Below are positions 1 through 13,837 of a stretch of 64,000 bases of DNA, one piece after another. The stretch covers positions 124,001 through 188,000 of the forward strand of contig NIVC01000419.1 of assembly GCA_002269645.1 (NCBI GenBank). The letters run 5' to 3'. Below the pieces are notes generated by a model. That model was not told the DNA's origin. It did not search any database and saw only the letters and a list, made by a program, of their open reading frames with translations. The position numbers and the translations under genes are program-made. The stretch comes from Macrostomum lignano. Its lineage: Eukaryota. Positions within the stretch are counted from its first letter, which is position 1. Each line of letters begins with the position of its first letter.

Positions 1-483
1 GATAACTTTATTGGGATTATTACTACTATTTACTAAAAACGGTGTGAGTCAATTGCTTAATACCGTGATATACTACTAAAAGCAGTAATAACGATCCTGC
101 CAGTACTTTCAGTCTTCTATGCATCTCTGCATGTCTATCCAGAGCTTCAGTACCTTGAAATTTAGGAGTACATTAGTCAGGAAAGACAGGAGAGTATGAA
201 GAATAGAATTATGGAAACCCATTTGAACGCAAAACTGAGCGCACTGAGCGCTCTTAGATGTACAAAAGAAGCGCCAGTTTAGATGTACATGTACTACAAT
301 GCTGCGAACCCAAACCTCTCACCCATCTAGCATTGTAGCTGCAGTGTCCATGATAAATGCTTGGCGAATGAGCGGTGCAGAGCCCTTTTTAGTTAATCTT
401 TTATAGAAAATTGAAGCATACCTAATGTCCAATGACAAATTTTCTGACTGCAGCATCTCAACATCCTTCTATAAGCTTGATAA

Positions 484-2133
484 ATGCGAATGGCTGCAGA
501 AGTGACAGTTGAAAGCGAAGAAAAAACTGATTTGATCAAATCGTTAACCCAAATTATGGGCCAATCTAAGAGCCTTCAAAACTCTCAGTCAAGTTCTGTG
601 TAAGTCGCTATATTTTGAATTGTTTGTTAAATTTTTTGTCTATTTGTCGACCTCTTTGATGAGTTAGCTTAATTAATAAACATTTATTTGTTTTCGTTTC
701 TTTCCGTATCTTACTGCTCTTGTGTGTCTTGACGTCATGAATCTTGTTGTGGATTTTGTTATTATTTTCGTGGTTGTTTTTGAGTTTTTGTGATCTTAGT
801 CGTTTTTTGTAGTCGTAGTTATTGTTTAACTGTTGTGAACTTGACGCATATTGCCAGTTTGATACTCGATTTTTAGAGAGCATGAAGGCGTAAACGAACC
901 TAATCGGCAGTTGACACAACAACAATGTTCTGCTACGAGTATATCAAATTCATTGGAGTCATCCGAGGGCATGTAAGTTCTGCGTTCATTTACTGATCCA
1001 AACCGTATGCATATTAAAGATCAAAGAGATATTAACGACTTTTTAGACAGAAGCCAAAACAAGAAGAAAAAAGACATCATGAGGACTGTGTGGACGTTAG
1101 AACAGATGATACTCTTAGCGAAAGTCTACTCAACGAGCCAATAGAGGGAAAACAGAAAATGGAGAAGTTGGAACAGGAAAACTCCCTTTTAAACAAAAGA
1201 ATAAAGAGTATGGAAAGTGAAACGTTTCGCTGCGAAGCCCCTGTGAATGAATTGGAACAAAACAACCGTACAATTATGGCTGAAGAGCAGAACGAAGTTC
1301 AAGAGAAGCCGAAGTTGACGGATGCGCAGCTTGGTGATTCGAAGCTCTCAGAACTTCAAGAGCTTCGGGACCAGCGTCTTTCACAAGAAGATGATTCCTG
1401 CAAAGAATCCAATTCCACGAAAACCAGCATCCCGCAAGATGGAAACGAATCCGGTTTCCGTGAATTGCAGGCTCCAACGTCGTTATCTTTTAGTCAAGAA
1501 TCTGAGACACGCGTTAAGCCACAAAGTCCTCCCACGAACGTGTTCCATGATCGACTGACCAAAGCAATTTATTCTGACGAGCATCAGACTCAGCCCCCGG
1601 CAGATGACAGCAAGTCTCAGTTGAAGCAACTATCGCAAGAAAAAGCTGACCTTGAAGCAAGCAAACTGCAACTGCAGACAGAACTGGACCGGCTGCGAGA
1701 AGAGAACCACCAAATTAAATCTTGGCAAACGCAACGTAAAAAGCAATGCGACGAGTACAAGGAGGCTATTAAAAATCAGCGTACGGAACTGGAAAATAAG
1801 CAGCGAAGCCTAGAAGAATTCAAACAAATCTGTCAGAATCAGAAAATTCATTTAGCTGAGTACAAACGTCAAGCTGAGGAGGATCACTCTCTGATGCTGA
1901 ACATGAAGGGCACTATTGGCGAGTTGATTAAGCGGCTCGAACAGCACGCGGACGAGTTCGACAGCAAACTGATGGAGGAGAAGCGAAAACAGGAGCGTCT
2001 ATACAAGAAGCTGTGCGAGCAGTCTGAACTCAGGCTGAAAGCTGAGCAACGCTCAGCCCAGCTAAATGCGAGTGTCGAGAAGCTGAGACGAGAGCTGGCT
2101 GAAACTTGGCAGCTGAAAGAATCAACTGTATAG
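484..2133 (+). CDS. Coiled-coil protein of unknown function, 3 exons (484/490-599, 877-972, 1047-2133)
   Basis: ATG at 484/490 after in-frame TAA. Donors GTAAGT at 600 and 973; acceptors TTTTAG at 876 and 1046. Phases (2,2) join into the 1090-2133 ORF. E/Q/K/L-rich heptads; C-terminal KLxxEKRKxExLYKKLCEQSExRL is shared with 38643-39599. Confidence 0.75.
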
Positions 2134-3020
2134 CACACCTAAGCTGCTTTGATTTTTCGAAAGTGTCTCTCTGAATGCATGAACTTCATTCAGTTCATTA
2201 TTTCTTTTAATCTAGTTCGCTTTTGCATCCAACTAAAGTCTGAATTCAGTCACAAATTGGAGACAGTATTGACAATTCAGTTGTACCTGTATCTCAGATA
2301 TAGTAAATTTTGTTTAACCTGTTGCACTGATTTCGAAATTTTCTAAAAAACATATGATACGCTTGTAACTTTGCCTAAAAGTCGATAACACGGATCCTGC
2401 AAGCGTAGCACAGAAAGTTATTCTATTCGAAAAACAATTAAAACTAAATAAATCTTAACAATATTCGTTACAATACATTCAAATCAGTGGAATTAAACGG
2501 TCACATATCCACTGTCTTGTGTAATAGTTAATTTTCGACGCGATTCAATTTCTTCTAGCAAGTTTGACTGGTGTTGAACTACTGAAAATAATAAAGGCAA
2601 AATCTTCAAAATTTCCCATCGATGTACTTTGTTCAAACTGCTTAAATCCAGCAAATAGCTATTGTTGAGATGTATTTCATGAACAAAAAACAGCACCAAT
2701 TGAACAGGGATCGTAGCTTGTACACTCTAACTCTTTCGGCGTTGGCTCAATCATTTTTTAAGCTAAATCATTGAAAATGGAAGTTTGAGAGGCTGAATGC
2801 TGTCTCCGTTATAGAAAAATATTTTAAAGTGTTTACAAAAACAAAACAAACTGTACTTTAACAGGCCATGGAAGTGTGCAGGATACGGGCAGAAAATACA
2901 GAGCTTTGTTGTTTTGGTTAAACATATTGGAAGCGCATTTTTGATTGTAATTGTAAAGAGCATCAGTTAAAATGTAAGTTCGGTCCAGTTACAGTGCGCA
3001 GACTGGCTAACGGTTTAGAG

Positions 3021-5267
3021 TCACAGACGCTTGCTTCGAACTTCAAGGCTGGCCTCCACAGTGACGGTGGCCGCGGGACGAACTCGAGGATCCTGCATCG
3101 GCGGCTTCAGGCTGCAAATTATAAAATCAGAGTTGGGTTGTTATGTGACAAAACTTTTGGGTGTAAGGACGCTTCCTTTTACAGAGCATGAGTCAGCCAC
3201 TTACTTGACATTCGATCGGCCATTGACAACAATCAGCGGATTGACACTGCTGAGAATCTCGTCATTGACAGACACGCCGTCGAGGTACTGCTTGAGCAGA
3301 CTGCGCAGTTGCATATTCTCAGACATGAGCACCGACTTCTCCTTGTCAAGAGCCAGCTTGTCCAGCATCACCTTGTTGAATCGGCGCCAAAACTCTTCCA
3401 AGTTCTGGTAGCGACGCATCGCCGCTGCCAGAGGCTCGTTGGGCTCCTCCTTCAGCGCCACCGCGACGTCGTCCATCTCTTCGGGAGTCAGCGAAGTTGC
3501 CGGGAAAGGCAAGACTTTCTCCTCTTCCGTTTCCAGTTTGCGACACATCTCGGCTGTGAATTTATTGTTGTAAGAGCTTGAATGACTTTATGGTTTCTGG
3601 GACATCATTTACTGTCTAGCCTACGAGCAAATAAAGAAACAATTGCATTTGGCAATTACATGTATGCCCGAAAATCTAAGGAACTTTCAATCATTCAACT
3701 CAGGGGCGTAACCAGGTGGCAAGGGGGGATGCGACCCCTCGATGGCGCCAGATAATGGCGTTTCCAAATTTCTGCCTCTTGTAAGTGTCCATTTTAAAAA
3801 GTCTGGCTATGCCCTTGATGCAGCTGATGTACTTGTATAGAGTTGTTTTTTGTTAGAAATGATCTTCACTAAAGAAAGTTTGAATGTAAAACGAAACGAG
3901 TGCAATGGATCATTGGATCAGCTGACGTAGGTAATGTAAGTTCAATTACACTTCAAGAATTCTCACCCAGCTTGAGAATCCGATCAGCCTTATCGCCCTG
4001 CCTGCGCAGCTCCTTGAGCGCACCGTTGCTCTCAAGCGTCATCTTGGTGAGCTTCTCTCGCTGCAATTCGCGAATCTTGTTCATCTGAGCTTTCAGCTGC
4101 TGGAAGTGCAGCATCATCTTCTCGCGTTCCTCTTTTAGCATTCGATTGCGTTCGTCATAGGTGCGCGAGTTCAGCGCCATCTTCTGCTTCACGGCCGCTA
4201 TCTGGCTGTTAATCTTCTGCAGCATCCGCATCTGACGCTCGATCTCGTTTGATGATCGCTCGTCGCGCTGCTTGTAGTCCTCGAACATGGCCTTCTTGTC
4301 TCGGGTGGCTTCGTTGTACGCCTTCTTGGCGTCGTTAAACTGGTTCCAGTAGTCGTCCACTTTGCCCTCGAGCAGGATTCGGAGAGAGTGCTTCTCCTCG
4401 TTGTTCTAAGGATTGATTTAGAGTGCACTTAAAGTAGTGGCAGCATGACCAGCTATGAATATGGTGTGTCATGTGAAAGTTTGCTGGTAACTTCTAGTGC
4501 CTTGGCAACGTCCCCCGATCGTAGCTACATGCAATCAGCAGGCTTACCTTATTTTTAATTTCATCTCGCATGCTCTGAAACTCCGCCCTGGCGTCGACCT
4601 CCTTTTCCATGAAGCTCTCCTCCAGTCCGTACAGCACATCCTGCAGATCCTTCATGTCACGGTCCTGTTGCTCGCTTACATAGGCCTCCTCTGAGTCGAA
4701 TTCCTCTCTGATTATCTCCTTCTCCGCGTGGTACTCAGACGTGAGCTTGCTAACGCGCCGATTTTGAATGTCAATTAGCCGGTCGACATTCTGCAGGTGG
4801 GCTCGCACTGCCAAGCTCAGCTGGTCGTCAGCCTCTTCGATATCCTTCACGAGTGATTTGAGCACGCTCTCCTTGCGGTCAACAACTCGCTCGAATGTCT
4901 GACTAAGGATTTCAATATCGCGCTTGAGCTCCTTGGACTTGACCTCGCGCATGATGTTTCGCCACTGGTGGTTAAGCTTGTATTGGTTCAGCTTGGAAAA
5001 CTTCTCTTCGTGGCCAATTTTTCCCTGAATGAGTAAAAATATCGTACAGTGAGAATACAAGCTCTTATGAGTAATTTACTGCCGAAAAATTGAATAGCAA
5101 CGAACCTGCAAGTAGGCGCTGAGGAAGTCCTCCCTCTGCTTGCGAAACTCCTCTTCCGCTAGCCGCTGCTGCTCCAGGTAAAGCATCCTCTCCTCTTCTG
5201 TCATCTTGGCTAGCTTGCCGGATCCTTTCTTCTTCTTGCCCTTGCCTTTCTTTCCCTTGGGTGGCAT
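3021..5267 (-). CDS. CCDC65: Dynein regulatory complex subunit 2 (CCDC65), 5 exons: 5267-5106, 5024-4548, 4405-3967, 3553-3205, 3111-3021; ~505 aa
   Basis: Recognisable motifs QWRNIMREVKSKELKRDIEILSQTFERVVDRK, ILKLAEMCRKLETEEEKVLPF and FWRRFNKVMLDKLAL. All four introns are GT-AG and phase-consistent. The last exon (LKPPMQDPRVRPAATVTVEA...) is absent from the ORF track. Confidence 0.93.
3701..3817. mobile_element. Small hAT-like MITE in CCDC65 intron 3
   Basis: Left end CAGGGGCGTAACCAG; right end reverse-complements to CAAGGGCATAGCCAG. Flanks ATTCAACT / ATGCAGCT are a 6/8 match, consistent with a decayed 8-bp TSD. Confidence 0.5.
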
Positions 5268-6500
5268 TTTGCTGAAATAAAACGACAAAATACTTAAAAC
5301 CTGTTTATGGCTGTTTAACTTAGGGTGAATTGGGGAAGAAGTTAATTTGTTTTTTAAACAGATTTTTAAAAGTCATGCATATGCAGGTACTGTTGCCTTC
5401 CAGATTATGAAAATAAATCCAAAAAGGATAAGTGCTTCAGAAAGTAATTGTTGGAAATTTCCTAAGCTACAAAACTGAATGAGAAGTTTAAAAAGCAGTC
5501 TTATTTGGCACTATATAAGCCAAAATGCAAGCACAAAAATGTTTATTAATCTCAATGATTTTTTCTTAATTTAAAGATTGAAAGAAGTTTGTCAGTTTAG
5601 TGATAAAAATAGGGCCAAACAACTATTTATTTAAATAATGTAATGCTGTCATTAGTAATGTATGGAAAATTTCTTGATTTTAGTGGCTTTCTAGGGTATA
5701 TCTTTATTAGTTTTATAAGGTAACGAACAACTGATTTCAATTTTTTTCTTTTAAAGATTAGTATTTTTCGAACATTGACGATTGTTTGTATAAAAATTAT
5801 TAACATAGGTCTATCCAGTTATTAGTGAAAATAATGTATATATCTATTTCAAGTATTAGAAAAATCGACCAGGAAACACATAAAGTAAACAATAACAAAA
5901 CCTTTGCCGAAGTCACAATCAACCTCGGTTACAAATGGACCACTGTAGGGAAGCTTTATTACTTTTATTAGCTTATTACTTATTAATTTATTACTTATTA
6001 CTTAGATTATTAATTATTAGCTTTATTACTTCTCTAAGTTTTACTAAAGAATGATTCTTGACCTTTTCCAGCTTTATATGTAAAAGATAAATTCATTATT
6101 CTTTGTTTTCGGTTCCATGATTAAAATATACGCAAAAATATACTTGCAGACAGCCTTGACAAGAACTAATACTAAAGAAATAATGTTCTAACTGCCTAAA
6201 TAACAGCAAATGTGTTGTGTGGTTCTTGATGTATTATGCATTATTCATATAATTCATCTAAGAATCTACAGAAGTTGCAGCACTTTTGCTGCGCTACATA
6301 AATGAGAGATCTTTTGAAACTGAAAAGACAGAAAAATTGTGCTAGCAACAAATGTTTACATTCATTAAAAATCGTTATTTATTAAGCAAAATAACTTCAA
6401 TATCCTTATTTGCATTTCCTCAAACTCTCTGCAGTAATTTTGTATAAATTACAAACATTTAGTTTTACTTTTTACAAAAAAATTAAAAGTTGATAGATAG

Positions 6501-6761
6501 AGGGCCTTTTCATATTACCAATTCCAGAACCAGAATCGGTTCGAAATTCCAAGAAAAACAGCAGTATAACTATTTAACTCTGTTAATATTTGACTGCCTT
6601 AACAACCTCACTAAGTACAATTTTCACTTTCTTCTTGGCGATTGTCATTCAATAATAAAAACTTTATAGCACGTATCTCCCTCTAGTTATGGAGACAAAA
6701 AGTTATACTTCACAAATTGGTTCTGGTTCTGGAACCAGAACAAGCAATATGAAAAGGCCCC
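6501..6761. mobile_element. PIF/Harbinger (Tourist)-like MITE, ~260 bp
   Basis: TIR GGGCCTTTTCATATT ... AATATGAAAAGGCCC, subterminal CCAGAACCAGAA / TTCTGGTTCTGG, 3-bp flanks TAG / TAA. Confidence 0.6.
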
Positions 6762-7284
6762 TAAATGAATGCAGATCAAGCGCGGTTTTAACGTCCGTCC
6801 GTCCGTCAATGATAGCTTGTTATTTGTGAGTAGTGACTTGACTGATTGGATTAATTTTCGTTTTTAAGTTTTTATAAATTTTGAATGATATAGGGTATAT
6901 GCCTAGGTCCTATCATATTACGTTAAGTAACAATCGTTATGTTAAGCCTAAAGGGTAAGGCTTAAATGTTAAAGAAGTTATAAGTATAGGCCTAGTATAG
7001 GCCTAGGCTATAGCCCAGCAACTTAATGAATGTAATCTGACTGTAGACAGTATTTATTTTACCAACCACATGATTCGATTCCATACCACCATTGATAATG
7101 ATGTTTTATTGAGATCATGTTATAAAGATGTCTGTCTTGCATTGGCCTAGGCCCTACTGGCTACTGCTTACCTTCCTAGGGACGGGACCTAGGCCTAGGC
7201 CTATAATTCATAGGCCTAGGCCTAGGCCTACTCTAGAAGATTTTATTCATGCCAGCACTTTCTGATGTGCATTTGGCTTGGCAA

Positions 7285-7683
7285 TAGAGGTCGGACGGGA
7301 TTGAAATCTTCGGGCGGGATCGGGATCGGGAATAATTTTTTTCTCGGGATCGGGATCGGGATCGGGATTCGGGAATCGGGATCAGGTCTTTTAGTGTATT
7401 GTCCATGTAAAGTTAAACAAAATTGAGAAAAGATTGTCAAGATCAAGAAGTAAAACACAACGAAATTGATATGAAGTTTTGTAACCAACAAAGTAAATAA
7501 TGTAACAAGTACAAGTTAAAGCAAAATACCTTCAAGTAATCACTAATTCTATAAATTATTAATCGAAAGACCTGTTCCCGAATCTCAAGTTTTTTAGGGT
7601 TGGGATTCTGGTCCCGCGGGAATTCAATTTTCCTCGGGATCCCGAGATTTTGGGATCGGGATCGGGATCCCGTCCGACCTCTA
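7285..7683. mobile_element. hAT-type MITE, 399 bp
   Basis: Perfect 17-bp TIR TAGAGGTCGGACGGGAT. Perfect 8-bp TSD CTTGGCAA at 7277-7284 and 7684-7691. Subterminal (GGGATC)n repeats. Confidence 0.88.
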
Positions 7684-7795
7684 CTTGGCAAGCATTCCAT
7701 GCAATGGCCTAGACTTTTCTGATTTCTCCTATATTTTTTGTTAGGCCTATTCTAGACCCTATTTCTCCTTTTTTTAACATTTTTGCCCCCATGAC

Positions 7796-8589
7796 TAATG
7801 GAAGTGCTTATCCCCACAGTCTCATGCCGGTGGTGCCGATAATTTTAATTTTATATACATGGATCCATGTCAAAAATTTCTAGCTTATCCCCATAATAGC
7901 TTATTGAAATAGCTACCACCATTCAAGTTTATAAGCATATGGGCCTAGGCCTAAGTCCAATTTTATCCACACAGACAGATCCGTGTCAATAATTTTTAGC
8001 CTAGGTTAGGCCCTATCCTTATAGCTAAGATTGTACAGTTGTTTGTGTATACTATGTGTACTAATATTAACTAAATCAATATTGCCATTTTTATTAGTAT
8101 TATTATCATTATTTATTATTGTATTTTGAATTTTGAATTTTGCAAGTCTTATTTTCCTCAATCTTAGTGACTTAGAGTCTATTTAGTTGTTCTAAGCAAG
8201 TTTGGTAGCTAAGCAAATATTAAAAATTAGGCCTAACCCTTTTAACAATGAAAAAGTTTTAACAAAATTTTTTTACTTGATATTATTAAGTATTTAGTAG
8301 TTTCTTTAGAAGATATATAAAACAATGAAAACAAATAGGCCTAGACAGTTTTTGAACATATTCATTTTAAGGTTCTCAATTCTAATTAGCTGCCATAAAG
8401 ATGAGCTAGAAATTATCAACACAGATCCATGTGAATAAAATTGGAGTTATTGACACAGCATATAGACTTGATTAGTGGCAGCTATTTCAATAAGCTGCCA
8501 TGGGGATAAGCTGGAAATCATCAACATAGATCCGTATGGATAAAATTAGAATTATTGGCATAGGACTATAGGGATAAGCACTTCCATGA
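7796..8589. mobile_element. MITE/foldback element with ~200-bp imperfect inverted arms
   Basis: TGGAAGTGCTTATCCC at ~7799 vs GGGATAAGCACTTCCA at ~8571-8586. Internal inverted matches (AGCTTATCCCCAT / ATGGGGATAAGCT; TTATTGAAATAGCT / AGCTATTTCAATAA). CATGACTAAT is repeated at both ends; exact ends are ambiguous. Confidence 0.7.
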
Positions 8590-11081
8590 CATGACTAATT
8601 GGTATAAGCCTATATTTATTTTGGATTTAAATTTTTGGCATTACAAAAATTGTAAAAGATAAAGCATAAGGAAAGACAAATTCTAGGGAGAGTAAAGTAC
8701 CATTTAAGGGGGGGGGCAAAATCAATGGCTTTGAATTTTGGTAAAAAATTATCGGCCCTCCTTTAATTCTTTAGGTCTACCTAACCTAACCCAATGCCTC
8801 ATAGAAAAGGCAGCTATCTCTTTTAGAATAAGCTTCAAAAACCAATTAATGTGTAAATTACATTGTTGCAACACTGATATAAAGAAGTAGTTCAAATATA
8901 CAATACACAAGACAAAAGTATGAAAAGTATAATGCAATACTAATAATAATAGGCCTTTAAGATAGTAATATTAGTTTGTTTTGCTCTTTTGTCTGCTCCT
9001 AAAACCTTGTGTGATTTATGTGTGATTTAAAACAAATTACTTTACTTTGAACTATTATAAAGGCAAACATTTTTGAGAAATTAATAATATTTTCTCTATT
9101 TTTTGTTTTACTAAATATATAAGACATGCAATACTGTCTTTCACTATGATGTAATATTGTTTGCTTTCTTAAATCTATGTAATATGTCAATTTAAAAACA
9201 TTTAAAATACAATAGACAACTATCTATATTTTTAACCTATTCCAATTAGGATAGTTGCCTATTTCCCCTTACAAATATCTGCAATTTGTTTGCTTATATG
9301 CACTGTTTTGGTATATATATATATTTGGTATATATTAGTGGCATGGACTTTAATTAGTATATATGATATAGATAGATTAAAAAGTGATATTGAAAAAAAA
9401 CATTTTGGTATTTAATATATATATATTAAATAGAATTGTTTCAATTTCATATTCAGATCATCTAATATAACTTATAATAACTTTTATAAAGGATTATTAA
9501 CAATAAATAAAGACCCAAAAAGCAATTCTATCATAAGCTACAAGGCTATATATTATATAACTCTTCTCTCTTTTTATTGCACTAAATTATTCCTTTTGTC
9601 CTTTTTGTTATTGTATTGGTATTGTTATTCTTTTTTTTATTTCTATTATTTTAGGCCCTTATGCCATCCTTTTCTTTTTACCAAATTATACAATGTTGCC
9701 AAATTGTTCTATTTGAAAAATATGGCAATTGGCCAATTGTTAAAATTGCATATTTTATACTAGCCATATGCTATTAGCTTAATCTTTCTTTTTTTGTTTT
9801 AGCATATTTAAAGTATGATTGACAATATAAAATATTAATTCAGCCTATTAGTCAAGACTTAAAATGCCTACTAAGGCTAAGTGCCATTTAAATTATATAT
9901 TTTTTGTTTACCCATGACTTAGGCTTGTTTTATTATCAACTAGTAAGCCTATTGTCAGTCTTAACTCATTATGTCAAGCCAAATGGTTTAGTCTAACTTA
10001 GTATCATATTAGGAATGCAATGCTGCTTAATTAGAATATAAAAAGGAAAAACAACAAAAATAGATCATTTGCAAATAGTTTCCATTTTCCACAATCATCA
10101 TCAAGCAGAATAAATATATTTTAAACAAGTATTTAAATAAGCAAAGCAAGGAAAATAAGCTTGGTAACAGGTTGTACATTCTAAAAAATATTATTGAATT
10201 TGAAAAGAAAGGTAAAAGCAAGTGTAAGTGACAAAGATTAGTGTTAAAAGTACATATGGTATGCAAAGTACAGTCCTATCTGTCCTATTGAATCAGACAA
10301 CCATTAGTATCATAGGCCTCCTTATACAGTATAGTCTTGCTTAATTATAAGTTCACATTATATTCATCAATTAATAATAATAATAATAACTTAGGTACAG
10401 GCCATAGGCTTCCCTATTGGAATATAATTTTAGATCCTGCAAATGTGTGGCACAGGTTTATAAACATTATTCTTAGGCATTGAAAATTTAATATATGAAT
10501 ATAAAAATGTTACAGTAGTGTTGCAAGGCACCAAAATTTAACAACTTTGTATGGTAGACAGTCATATTATATGTGCAGTTATTCCAATAAGGATAGGCTC
10601 CTGCCCTTCACCTAAAATTACATTAACTTTTGCTTATTTCTTTGTGCTTTGTTTCTTTTATAGGTAAGGCATATTTTTGTAAAAAAAAGTAAGTCACATT
10701 GCTGGTATAAATCAGGGGGTGTGTATGTTGTATATATGTAATATCAGATAATAACTTATAATTAGAATTTCAGTGTTCAAATTTGATCTCATCTAACTTA
10801 TATTGAGCACACAAGAAAAATTCAAACTGAGGAGGTTGAAGTACTTGTGTTAGGAACCTATATCTATTATAAAATTTTTGCCGTAACCAAAATTTCTAAT
10901 ATTCATATCTATAGCTATATCTAATTTCCATATCTATATGGTTTCTTAATTTCCTATAATTTATAAGTTTTATAGATGTTAAATCTAATTAGCAACTAAT
11001 CTTTCATTGTTCACTATAATATAATGTTTAAGTAAAGAAGGTTAAAAATAGCTTAACTTATAATTTACTATTTGGTCTCAT

Positions 11082-11112
<31 letters not shown>

Positions 11113-11326
11113 TCATTTATTTATTCTACAAAAAATAACTAGGTCTATAATTCATCCTAATCTTTATATATTGTCAGCTTGAATTTTTATCAATCTATCA
11201 AAATATTTCTATATAAGGAACTTTTTTTCCAGTTGCTGAAAAATCCAGCAGTTACTAAGGCATCAAGTGGAAGCAGTTCGGCTTACAACTGGATACTTTC
11301 ATCTATCCACCACTATTCAGGCCATT

Positions 11327-13238
11327 ATGCAGCTGCTTCAGCTGCCATGGCATGATGTACTTTTTGAACACATTTTATCCTGTCTTGATTTGCAAGACCT
11401 GCTTAACCTAAGAAAAGTTTCTTTTTTGGCAAGGTAAGATAGAGATGTGAATTTTTAATGCTATAAGTTTGTAAAATAATTTCTAAGTGAAGTCTAAGAC
11501 TTGCTAGATAATTGGAAAGGTAGCCTTCCAATCTGCGTTATAACTTATGTAGGTAGATAATTGATGTGATGTTTAATTGATGTTTATTCACTGAAGTCAA
11601 TGAGAAACTTTGCATAGGCTCAAAGGGGAGTTTCTGAGATGCCAATGTTTGAAAGGGGAGTTGCTGAGATGCCACGGCTAAAAAATAGTTGCTGAGAAGA
11701 TGCCGAGTCTTAAAAGGGGAGTTGCTGAGATGCCACGGCTAAAAATAGTTGCTGAGAAGATGCCGAGTCTTAAAAGGGGAGTTGCTGAGATGCCACGGCT
11801 AAAAAATAGTTGCTGATATGCCAAGGCTAAAAAATAGTTGCTGAGATGCCAAGGCTAAAAAATAGTTGCTGAGATGCCATGACTTAATGGGGACTTGCTG
11901 AGATGCCATGGCTCAATGTGGAGTTGCTGAGATGCCAAGGATCAATGGGGAGTTGCTGAGATGCCATGGCTCAATGTAGAGTTGCTGAGATGCCAAGGAT
12001 CAATAGGGAGTTGCTGATATGCGAAGGCTCAATGGGGGGTTGCTGAGATGGTTAAGCTCAGGGGGGGGGGTTCTGAGATGCAAAGGCCCAAAGGTTGGGG
12101 GTTGCTGAGATGCCATGGCTCATTGCTCAATGGAGAGTTGCTTAAATGGCATGGCTCAAATCGAGATGGCTGAGATTCTAAGGCTCAATGGGGAGTTGCT
12201 GAGATTCTAAGGCTCAATGGGGAGTTGCTGAGATGTCATAGGCGATGTCTGTTAACTGAATCTCGCTTATGTAATATCCGTTACAGTAATAATGATTTTT
12301 CTGTAGCGTTTCAGCACTGCTAAGTAAGGACTAACAAGACACAATGTGAGCAGTGCCTATCCTGTGTGAGATTGGGCTCAGAAATCAGCATAATGCTTCC
12401 TAAGGAATAAAAAAACTGTCATTGTTATTCTTTTCGGCTGGCTAATATTCTTTTTTTCCACCTTGCAAATCTTTGCAGGCAATTAGTAGACGATTATTGC
12501 GCCTGCTCAATGCGTTCGCTAGACGCTCGTGTAGCCTTTGATAACTCCGGCTACCGATTGGATAGTTGCGCATTTCGCGTATTGGCTAACAGATGCTGCA
12601 GTCTGCGCTTGCTCAGGTTTCACTCTCAGCATAGTTGGCTTGTTGACCAACTGCTAGTTCCAGTCATTCACTCCAATGTACACCTGCAAGCTGTCTACTT
12701 AGATCAGGCTCATTGGTTAACAGACTCTTCCGTGCAGGCGCTGGCCTCAGCTTGTCCTCAGTTGACCCATCTATCACTGCGCGATTGTCACTGGCTGTCA
12801 AGTTCAGGTTTAGAAATTATTGGCTCAGCTTGGCCAGACTTATCTACCTTAGATTTGACCTGCTGTTGGCAGATTGACGATCCGGGATTGTCCGCGTTGC
12901 TAACCGGTTGTCAACGCCTCGAACAGCTTAGCGTTGCTAAGTGCTACGGTTTAACAGACGAGTCGCTGTTGAATCTGCGCAGCAACAAGTGTCTAATGGA
13001 GCTGGACATGACGGGTTGCTGGCGCATCACCGATAGTTTGCTTGAACAATTGACCGAGTTCTGTCGCTCATTGAAACAACTAAAAATTCGCGAGTGCTCA
13101 AGAGTGAGTCTGGCTGCAATTGATCGGCTACAGAAGAAACGGATTGTCACTGATTTGAAACCGCCGGCAGCTTATCGCCTGTTTGCCGCTGTTGATCATA
13201 ATGGCTACCCTATGCCGCAGTTGAATGTGCAGATTTGA
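11327..13238 (+). CDS. FBXL15: F-box/LRR protein 15, 2 exons (11327-11433, 12479-13238)
   Basis: Exon 1 encodes the F-box LLQLPWHDVLFEHIL...LLNLRKVS. Exon 2 encodes Cys-containing LRRs (CPQLTHLSLRDCHWL, LDLTCCWQI, LDMTGCWRI) and ends PQLNVQI like FBXL15. AG|GTAAG donor, TTTGCAG acceptor, phase 2. Confidence 0.85.
11620..12240. repeat. Intronic minisatellite, variable ~33-40 bp units with core GGGAGTTGCTGAGATGCCA
   Basis: About 17 tandem degenerate copies inside the FBXL15 intron. Confidence 0.9.
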
Positions 13239-13440
13239 TTTGAGTTAAACATGACATTACATCATGACACATGACATCATGTGAATACTTACAAGCATAC
13301 TTACATAGACTTCACTAGAAATATGAAACTTGCGCTTGTGATTTCGTTTAAGATGGGTATTGCTTTGATTAGTCGAAATGAGAATTAACCGCGCTATAAC
13401 AGGGTGCAAACATTAGTTGTCTGTTTAAGCATGAACATTT

Positions 13441-13837
13441 ATTCACAGATGCTAAAATAACTAGATGGGCCACTCATGCATATATACTAAGTAAACAGCT
13501 TTCTACTTCCAGTTCAGTAGCAAAGAAGAATGCATAAGCTATTTTATAAAAAAGGCAGCTGAAATGACTTTGATAAGTTTAGTAGCCCAAGCTTGCAGGC
13601 GTAAACAGCTTGCTAATTGGTCCAGCAATAATGTACATTAGCCAGTCCACGGAGATGTACATGGCAGATTTAGGCTGGAATTTCAAGAAAGGCAATAAAA
13701 TTTTTGGCGGGGCGGTTATATGAGCCTTAGCTTTAAAAATACATTACAATGCTTCAGTTAAACTTACTACTGAAGTGAAAGTAGCTTAGATGCAAATGTG
13801 CTGAGTGGCCCATCTAGTTATTCTGGTATCCGTGAAT
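13441..13837. mobile_element. MITE, ~400 bp, with ~36-bp imperfect TIRs
   Basis: ATTCACAGATGCTAAAATAACTAGATGGGCCACTCA vs the reverse complement of TGAGTGGCCCATCTAGTTATTCTGGTATCCGTGAAT. TSD is not clear. Confidence 0.6.
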
